From Candidatus Zixiibacteriota bacterium (GTDB taxonomy: Bacteria > Zixibacteria > MSB-5A5 > GN15 > FEB-12), in the NCBI GenBank assembly GCA_024278935.1, contig JAJRSF010000007.1, positions 66,799 through 130,798 of the forward strand: a stretch of DNA of 64,000 nt. The letters run 5' to 3'. Within the stretch, counting starts at the first letter, position 1. The number at the start of each line of letters is the position of its first letter. Made by a program: the position numbers and the translations under genes. Below the pieces are notes generated by a model. It did no database searches. It worked only from the letters and a program-made list of their open reading frames with translations, and had not been told where the DNA came from. Shown here one piece after another: positions 57,347-64,000 of the stretch.

Positions 57347-57886
57347 TTAACCTGCTGTTTTACCGGCTTTAGCTCGAACATACTCACCAACATAGCGAAT
57401 ACCTTTGCCTTTATATGGTTCCGGTTTACGGAAACCACGAATTTTGGCAGCAACTTGTCCGACTAATTCTTTATCAATACCAGTAATAATTATTTTATTT
57501 TCTTTTGGAAGTACTTCTAAATCGATTCCATCCGGTTGACGCATTACGATTTGATGCGAGTAACCTAAATGAAGTACGAGTACTTTGCCTTTTAATTCAG
57601 ATCGATATCCAACACCACGTAATTCTAACTCTTTTTTATAACCTTCAGAAACACCAATGACCATGTTGTTTATTAACGCTCTGGTCAAGCCGTGTAAGGC
57701 GCGATGTTTTTTTAAGTCAGAAGGTCGAGTAACAATTACTTGATTATCTTCAATAGCAGCTGACATATCAGGATGAATTTCTCTGTCTAGAGAACCTTTG
57801 GGTCCTGTGACAGTTACTAATTTCGCCTTGATTTCAACTTTGGTTTTATCTGGAATCGGAACTGGCATTTTACCTACTCTTGACAT
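57347..57886 (-). CDS. rplF: 50S ribosomal protein L6
   Basis: [19 protein letters not shown]... I prefer the ATG at 57886. Confidence 0.94.
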   Translation of the reverse strand: MSRVGKMPVPIPDKTKVEIKAKLVTVTGPKGSLDREIHPDMSAAIEDNQVIVTRPSDLKKHRALHGLTRALINNMVIGVSEGYKKELELRGVGYRSELKGKVLVLHLGYSHQIVMRQPDGIDLEVLPKENKIIITGIDKELVGQVAAKIRGFRKPEPYKGKGIRYVGEYVRAKAGKTAG

Positions 57887-57900
57887 AGTCCAATCCTTTC

Positions 57901-58299
57901 CTACCAGCAACGGCAAAGCATTTCGCCGCCGACACCTTTTTTAGCAGCTTCATAATTAGTCATGACACCGCTTGAAGTTGATACAATCATCATCCCACGC
58001 ATATTGTGAGTTGTAGTAACGATTTTTTCGAAATCGTAATATTTTCTTAAACCCGGTTTAGAGATTCTTACTAAACCTCTTATAACTGGATCATCCTGAC
58101 GGTTATATCGTAAATAGACACGAAGGATTCCCTGTTTGTTATCAGGTAGTTCAATCATATCATTGATATAACTATGTTCTTTTAAAATTCGGACAATTTC
58201 CTTCTTCAAACCTGAAGCAGGAATATCGACCGCATTCTTTTTTGCTTTATATCCGTTACGAATTCTCGTAAGCAGATCAGCGATAGGATCAGTCATCAT
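57901..58299 (-). CDS. rpsH: 30S ribosomal protein S8
   Basis: 132 aa. [15 protein letters not shown]. Confidence 0.95.
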   Translation of the reverse strand: MMTDPIADLLTRIRNGYKAKKNAVDIPASGLKKEIVRILKEHSYINDMIELPDNKQGILRVYLRYNRQDDPVIRGLVRISKPGLRKYYDFEKIVTTTHNMRGMMIVSTSSGVMTNYEAAKKGVGGEMLCRCW

Positions 58300-58323
58300 A
58301 ATACTATTATTCTCCTAAACCTT

Positions 58324-58509
58324 TTACCAACTAGCTTTCACTACACCAGGTAGATCGCCAGCAAGCGCCATTTCTCTGAAACATATACGACATAGCCCAA
58401 AGCGACGCATATATGATCTTGGACGACCGCATTTACGACAACGGTTATATCCACGAACAGCAAATTTCGGTTTACGTTTTTGTTTTTCAATCAAACAAGT
58501 TTTAGCCAT
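58324..58509 (-). CDS. rpsZ: 30S ribosomal protein S14 type Z (zinc-binding)
   Basis: [46 protein letters not shown]...W, 61 aa. The ORF-track N-terminal extension overlaps rplE. Confidence 0.93.
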   Translation of the reverse strand: MAKTCLIEKQKRKPKFAVRGYNRCRKCGRPRSYMRRFGLCRICFREMALAGDLPGVVKASW

Positions 58510-58516
58510 AGTTTTC

Positions 58517-59056
58517 CTACTTACGGAACGGCATGCCAAACTCTTCCAACAACTGCCGAGCTTCAGCATCAGAGCCGGCTGTGGTTGCAAAAGTAATGTT
58601 CATACCTCTTATTTTATCAATTTTATCGTATTCAATTTCCGGAAAAATCAATTGTTCTTTGAGACCCATATTAAAATTTCCACGTCCATCAAACGATTTA
58701 GGATTAACACCCTGGAAATCTCTAATACGAGGGATAGCAATATTAATTAAGCGATCCAAAAATTCATACATAGCATCACGACGCAGTGTTACAGAACAAC
58801 CAATACCAACACCTTCACGAAGCTTAAAATTCGAAATCGATTTTTTCGCTTTGTTAATAGAAGGTCTTCTTCCGGTAATTTTAGTTAAATCTCCAACAGC
58901 AGCATCAAGTAGTTTTGAATTCTGGGTAGCTTCACCAACACCGACATTAACCACAATTTTAGTTATTTTCGGAATCTGCATAACTGATGAATACTTATTA
59001 TCTTTCATCATCTTAGGCATGATTTATTTTTCATATTTGTCATGAAGTCTTGTCAT
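58517..59056 (-). CDS. rplE: 50S ribosomal protein L5, interrupted as written by an in-frame TAA at 59024-59026
   Basis: The true N-terminus, [30 protein letters not shown]..., starts at the ATG at 59056. The ORF track only reports the part after the stop (58517-59020). Confidence 0.88.
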
Positions 59057-59068
59057 ATCATACAACCT

Positions 59069-59386
59069 TTAAATCTGTTCGCCGGTTTTCCGACAAATTC
59101 TCATTTTGATTCTTTTGCCACCCTCATCAATTACTTTACTGGATAGTTTTGTAGGACCACCCAAAGTATTTGAATACAGTGCAACATTACTAATATGAAC
59201 CGGAGCTTCAATAGAAATGATTCCACCCTTCGGGCTTTTTTGTGTTGGTTTTTGATGACGTTTCATCATATTCACGCCTTCAACCAAAACAGAATCTTTT
59301 TTCAAATCGACAAATAAAACCTTACCGGTTTGCCCGGCAGATTTTCCAGTTCGAATAAATACGGTATCGCCTTTTCTAATCTTCAT
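59069..59386 (-). CDS. rplX: 50S ribosomal protein L24
   Basis: 105 aa. MKIRKGDTVFIRTGKSAGQTGKV (KOW motif). Confidence 0.94.
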   Translation of the reverse strand: MKIRKGDTVFIRTGKSAGQTGKVLFVDLKKDSVLVEGVNMMKRHQKPTQKSPKGGIISIEAPVHISNVALYSNTLGGPTKLSSKVIDEGGKRIKMRICRKTGEQI

Positions 59387-59401
59387 AATCTATCTCCCTC
59401 G

Positions 59402-59767
59402 TTAGAGGACCTCCGGAGCAAGTGACACAATTTTCATAAATTGTTTGTCACGAAGTTCACGGGCAACCGGTCCAAAAATACGAGTGCCACGAGGTTCTTT
59501 TGCATCATTAATAATTACAGCCGCATTATCAGAGAAACGAATAACAGATCCGTCTTTTCTTTTTAATCCGGTTTTAGTTCGTACAACAACAGCGCGGCAG
59601 ACCTCTGATTTTTTCACAGTTCCACCCGGGATTGCTTCTTTGACAGTAACAACAATAATGTCACCAACAGTAGCAACTTTTTTGCGTCCGCCGATAATAC
59701 GGAAACACATAACTTTTTTTGCGCCTGAATTGTCAGCCACAGAAAGTACGGTAAATTCTTGAACCAT
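59402..59767 (-). CDS. rplN: 50S ribosomal protein L14
   Basis: 121 aa. [18 protein letters not shown]... Confidence 0.95.
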   Translation of the reverse strand: MVQEFTVLSVADNSGAKKVMCFRIIGGRKKVATVGDIIVVTVKEAIPGGTVKKSEVCRAVVVRTKTGLKRKDGSVIRFSDNAAVIINDAKEPRGTRIFGPVARELRDKQFMKIVSLAPEVL

Positions 59768-59791
59768 TTTCTACATTTCCTTTCTGTGCGG

Positions 59792-60058
59792 CTATTTAGC
59801 CCGCTCAACAATTTCGACTAAACGCCAGCGTTTTTGTTTTGACATAGGTCTTGTTTCCATGACTTTGACAACATCACCAACGCCTGCTTCATTTTTTTCA
59901 TCGTGTACCATCAACTTAGATGATGTACGGAAAGTTTTTTCATACCGTGGATGTTTCATAACTCTTTCAACTAAGAGCGTGAAACTTTTATCCATTTTTG
60001 AAGAAACAACTTTCCCAACACGGACTTTTCTTAAACTTGTTCTATTTTCAGTCATCAA
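59792..60058 (-). CDS. rpsQ: 30S ribosomal protein S17
   Basis: 88 aa. [27 protein letters not shown]. Confidence 0.94.
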   Translation of the reverse strand: MMTENRTSLRKVRVGKVVSSKMDKSFTLLVERVMKHPRYEKTFRTSSKLMVHDEKNEAGVGDVVKVMETRPMSKQKRWRLVEIVERAK

Positions 60059-60066
60059 TAACTCCG

Positions 60067-60333
60067 CTATTCCTTTTTACCTTTTTTGGCAGCTTTGGAA
60101 TCCGGTAAAATAGTTGCTCCTAATTCAGCAAGTTTACGAATACCGAGTTTGTCTTCGTTTAAAGAAGTCAAAACCAAAGCGATTTCTCGTCTGATTTGTC
60201 TTAACCGAAGTGGATTATCCAGAGCTTTCATCGAACGTCTCATACTGAGATTAAACCGTTCATCCAAAAGATCATTTTTCTTATGGAGAAGTTCATCGCG
60301 AGTCATTTCACGCAAGTCACGTATTTTCAACAT
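60067..60333 (-). CDS. rpmC: 50S ribosomal protein L29 with a C-terminal extension
   Basis: 88 aa. [27 protein letters not shown]... plus about 25 extra residues. Confidence 0.9.
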   Translation of the reverse strand: MLKIRDLREMTRDELLHKKNDLLDERFNLSMRRSMKALDNPLRLRQIRREIALVLTSLNEDKLGIRKLAELGATILPDSKAAKKGKKE

Positions 60334-60335
60334 AG

Positions 60336-60758
<423 letters not shown>

Positions 60759-60783
60759 CTAATAAATTCTCCCAATAACCATA

Positions 60784-61674
60784 TCAACTTTTTGACTCTT
60801 TCGAGTCAGATTTGTTTTCAGTTTTGTTAACAGTTTTAGTTTCAGCTTGTGCAGGTCTTTCAGGACGACGTCCTTTTTGTGCAGGTGCTGAACCGGGACG
60901 ACCATCAGGTTTGCGGCGAATTTTACCACGAGGACGCTTACCACCAGCTCCCCCACGATTATCTTGTCCACCACGAGGTCGTTTGTGATGTCCACCATGA
61001 GAAGCATCGGCATCTTTCTTCTCTTTGTCCGCGTAAAAATTACCTTTTTCCATGATCTCACCTTTACATATCCATACCTTCACGCCAATACAACCGTAGG
61101 TAGTATGAGCAGTAGAAGTTGCGTAATCAATATCAGCACGAATAGTATGTAGCGGGGTGCGACCTTCTTTATATTTTTCATCGCGTGCAATTTCAGCACC
61201 ACCTAGACGACCTGAACAACGAATCTTGATACCCATGGCACCCATCTTCATTGTAGTCGCGATAGTTTTTTTCATTGCTCTACGAAACGAAACACGCCCT
61301 TCAAGCTGACGAGCAATAGAGTCGGCAACTATTTGAGCATTTAATTCAGGTTTTCTAACTTCAACGATGTTAAGCAAGATATCTTTTTTTGTCAACAGCT
61401 GTAGCTCGCTCCGAAGTTTGTCAACTTCAGATCCCTTACGGCCAATAACGATACCGGGACGTGACGTGTGAATATCCACGGTGACTTTTTTGGGTGCTCG
61501 GGAGATACTGACTTTAGCAATACTTGCATTAGCTAGACGTCTTAAGATATAACGTTTCACTTGCAAATCTTCATGCACTAAATCAGCATATTTATTGTCA
61601 GGTGCGAACCACCGACTGTTCCAAGTTTTTATAACACCAAGTCGAAAACCTATGGGATGAGTCTTTTGTCCCAA
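60784..61674 (-). CDS. rpsC: 30S ribosomal protein S3 with a long Arg/Gly/Lys-rich C-terminal extension
   Basis: (M)[13 protein letters not shown]... core plus about 85 extra residues ([26 protein letters not shown]...). TTG start 6 nt after AAGGAG. Confidence 0.93.
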   Translation of the reverse strand: MGQKTHPIGFRLGVIKTWNSRWFAPDNKYADLVHEDLQVKRYILRRLANASIAKVSISRAPKKVTVDIHTSRPGIVIGRKGSEVDKLRSELQLLTKKDILLNIVEVRKPELNAQIVADSIARQLEGRVSFRRAMKKTIATTMKMGAMGIKIRCSGRLGGAEIARDEKYKEGRTPLHTIRADIDYATSTAHTTYGCIGVKVWICKGEIMEKGNFYADKEKKDADASHGGHHKRPRGGQDNRGGAGGKRPRGKIRRKPDGRPGSAPAQKGRRPERPAQAETKTVNKTENKSDSKESKS

Positions 61675-61696
61675 AGTATACTCCTTAAAAGATCAA

Positions 61697-62230
61697 TTAA
61701 CTTTCGTTTTTATCTGCTGCTTTAGCTGTTTTTTTGACAGCTGTTTTTTTAGCAACAGTTTTCTTTGCCGCTTTTTTCTTTGGAGCGGCAGCTTTTTTAT
61801 CCGAAGCGTCAGTAGTTTTAGCATCTTTTTTGACTACTTTTTTCTTCGTTTTTACAGCAGCTTTTTGTTCAGCTTCAACATCGGTATGTCCTTCAATAAA
61901 AACTGTCAAGTGACAGAACCGTTTGTGATAGCGAAACACACGACCCATGGAACGAAAACGAATTCGTTTTTGAGTCGGGGCTGCGTCGACTATAATATTT
62001 TTAACAACTAAATCTTCAGGATGTAAATGATCTGTACCTTCTTGGGACAGGGCATTTGCAGCTGCTGATTTAACCGTTTTCGCCAGATGGTGGGCAGCAA
62101 TTTTCGGCGTGAAATTCAGTGCCGCTAATGCTTTTTCCACCTTCATACCTTTAACGTTATCCGCAACCAAACGCATTTTGCGTGGAGGGATAGAAAGGTA
62201 CTTGAGGCTTGCTTTTGATGAAACCAACAT
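61697..62230 (-). CDS. rplV: 50S ribosomal protein L22 with a Lys/Ala-rich C-terminal extension
   Basis: 177 aa. RKMRLVADNVKGMKVEKALAAL core plus a tail of roughly 60 aa (KKKVVKKDAKTTDASDKKAAAPKKKAAKKT...). Confidence 0.93.
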   Translation of the reverse strand: MLVSSKASLKYLSIPPRKMRLVADNVKGMKVEKALAALNFTPKIAAHHLAKTVKSAAANALSQEGTDHLHPEDLVVKNIIVDAAPTQKRIRFRSMGRVFRYHKRFCHLTVFIEGHTDVEAEQKAAVKTKKKVVKKDAKTTDASDKKAAAPKKKAAKKTVAKKTAVKKTAKAADKNES

Positions 62231-62233
62231 AGC

Positions 62234-62527
62234 TTATTTACCTTTCAACGCTGAAAAGCGATCCGTTATTTTACCGCCATGACCGCGATAAGTTCTTGTA
62301 GGGGCAAATTCACCCAACTTATGACCAACCATATTTTCAGTTACATATATAGGTACAAACTTATTACCAGTATGAACCGCAAATGTATGACCAATAAATT
62401 CAGGAAGAACAGTAGAACGGCGAGACCAGGTTTTAATTACTTTTTTCTGACCAGACTCATTTAACTTATCAACCTTTTTCATCAGATGGTCATCTACGAA
62501 AGGTCCTTTTTTTAGAGAACGAGGCAT
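62234..62527 (-). CDS. rpsS: 30S ribosomal protein S19
   Basis: 97 aa. [18 protein letters not shown]... Confidence 0.95.
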   Translation of the reverse strand: MPRSLKKGPFVDDHLMKKVDKLNESGQKKVIKTWSRRSTVLPEFIGHTFAVHTGNKFVPIYVTENMVGHKLGEFAPTRTYRGHGGKITDRFSALKGK

Positions 62528-62543
62528 CTATGTATCTCCGCCT

Positions 62544-63374
62544 TTAAATTTTCGCTCTACGATCTTGAATCAAATGATCGTTAGATTTACGTTTACTTCT
62601 TGTCTTATACCCTTTAGTAGGTTTACCCCACGGTGTACAAGGATGACGTCCCCCAGAGGAACGACCTTCACCACCACCCATAGGGTGATCAACAGGATTC
62701 ATTGCGACCCCACGAACATTTGGACGAATACCGCGCCATCTAGATGCGCCGGCTTTGCCCCAAATAACGTTCTTGTGATCGACATTAGATACTTGACCGA
62801 TTGTCGCATAACATACAGCAGGGAATGTACGTACTTCTCCTGAAGGCATTTTAAGAGTAACCTTTTTACCTTCTTTGGCAACAACCTGACAAAACGAACC
62901 AGCAGAGCGGGACATTTGCCCACCTTTACCGGGTCTCATTTCAATATTATGAACGTTGGTTCCCAATAGAATTTCTCCTAAAGGCAACGTACAACCAACA
63001 TTTTGTTCAATATTTTCACCAGACAATACAACGTCATTGACGTTTAGACCAACCGGTGCGATAATATATCTTTATTCACCGTCGACGTAATGCAACAGAG
63101 CTATACGTGCTGAACGATTCGGATCGTATTCAATAGAAGCAACACGAGCCGGGATATTAAATTTATTTCTTTTAAAATCAATGATTCGATACATCCGTTT
63201 GTGACCACCACCACGTTGGTACGCAGTGATACGACCTTTATTATTACGACCACCAGATTTCTTAAGCGGACTTAATAAAGATTTTTCCGGTACGGTAGAT
63301 GTAATCTCATCAAACGCCGGAACCGTTCGGAAACGGAGTGTCGGAGTAATCGGACGAAATTTCTTAATTGCCAT
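62544..63374 (-). CDS. rplB: 50S ribosomal protein L2, interrupted as written by an in-frame TAA at 63072-63074
   Basis: ORFs 63072-63374 and 62544-63026 share a frame. Reading through gives ...[30 protein letters not shown]... Total length of 277 codons fits L2. Confidence 0.9.
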
Positions 63375-63392
63375 TATCTACACCTATCCTTA

Positions 63393-63686
63393 TTACAGAT
63401 TATCAAACATTGTTATAGATTCACCTTTTTCGACTCTGACAATAGCTTTTTTCCAAGTAGAAGTCTTCCCTTCGTTACGACCCATGCGGCGAATTTTCCC
63501 CGGCATGACGATCGTGCGAACATCGGTAACTTTTACTTTGAACAAATCTTCAACAGCAGCTTTAATGGTAAGCTTATTTGCTGCTTTGTCAACTTCAAAT
63601 ACATACTCATTATTCAACTGGCGATGTAATGCGGTACGTTCGGTAACAATATTCTGCTTAATTACGTTTCTGAATTCTGCTTTCAT
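63393..63686 (-). CDS. rplW: 50S ribosomal protein L23
   Basis: 97 aa. ...YVFEVDKAANKLTIKAAVEDLFKVKV... Confidence 0.93.
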   Translation of the reverse strand: MKAEFRNVIKQNIVTERTALHRQLNNEYVFEVDKAANKLTIKAAVEDLFKVKVTDVRTIVMPGKIRRMGRNEGKTSTWKKAIVRVEKGESITMFDNL

Positions 63687-64000
63687 CCGAACACCTCAAC
63701 AATCTTATCTAAACCAGCTTTGGTAACTAAAACAAAGTCAGCGTGCATCAAGTCATATCCGTTAGTATTAGCAGCTCTGCCGAATTTAACTTTCTGCAGG
63801 TTGCGACATGAAAGTGCGCAATTATCATTACGACCTTCATCAAGGATAATACATTTTTTGTCCGCAATATCAAATTTGTCTAAGATAGACATAATTGATT
63901 TTGTTTTAATTTCATCAATTTGAATTTTATCTAATACTTTAATACGGTCTTTGTTAGCTATATCAGAAAACACAGAGCGTAAGGCATTTTTCTTCATTTT
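63683..64000 (-). CDS. rplD: 50S ribosomal protein L4 (C-terminal part; N-terminus lies beyond the window)
   Basis: C-terminal L4-like sequence (...NLQKVKFGRAANTNGYDLMHADFVLVTKAGLDKIVEVF). Position upstream of rplW fits the S10 operon order. Confidence 0.85.
   Translation of the reverse strand, partial: KMKKNALRSVFSDIANKDRIKVLDKIQIDEIKTKSIMSILDKFDIADKKCIILDEGRNDNCALSCRNLQKVKFGRAANTNGYDLMHADFVLVTKAGLDKIVEVFG

Noticed and set aside
58510-58590. N-terminal extension of S14 (ORF track 58324-58590), and similar extensions of rplO (to 56241), rplF (to 57916) and gpsA (to 46648)
   Set aside because: The extensions overlap the upstream genes, and the conserved family N-termini begin at the internal Met codons.
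60759-61061. 100-aa ORF overlapping the 3' end of rpsC
   Set aside because: It is an out-of-frame reading of the repetitive Arg/Gly/Lys tail of S3, with no independent signals.

Overview
AT-rich bacterial chromosomal window, densely coded and mostly on the minus strand. The envelope gene content (PorV-like OMPs, TamAB, PEGA/FN3 lipoproteins) suggests an uncultured FCB-type lineage; that is a low-confidence inference. 49.6-64 kb holds the S10-spc-alpha ribosomal superoperon (rplD to rplQ, with secY, adk, map, infA, rpmJ, rpoA). 0-20 kb holds folD, ymdB, an RRM protein, nhaA, a CaCA exchanger, nifS-mnmA, pabBC and a translationally coupled ECF sigma / anti-sigma / triad-less HtrA / CMD / TamB / TamA operon. 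25-47 kb holds a GAFTGA sigma54 activator beside an envelope/EPS-like cluster with two good -24/-12 promoter candidates, plus GH57, an M48 protease, tRNA-Arg(CCU), apt, surE, glycosyltransferases and gpsA/plsY. Four signals stand out. (1) Five conserved genes, including rplB and rplE, carry one in-frame TAA each, and two more, including adk, carry a 1-nt deficit in a poly-A run. This means either poor consensus quality or recoding/slippage. (2) At least 12 GTAG-headed REP-like hairpins from several families show compensatory stem changes, with no RAYT gene in the window. (3) An AT-rich two-gene cassette (wHTH-like protein plus a protein with a C-terminal Rx4H HEPN/Abi_C-like motif) sits behind a perfect consensus sigma70 promoter, where sbcC would be expected downstream of sbcD. 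This is my best candidate for an undescribed defence or toxin-antitoxin module. (4) The sigma54 wiring of the envelope cluster. No CRISPR array, integrase, transposase or rRNA was seen.
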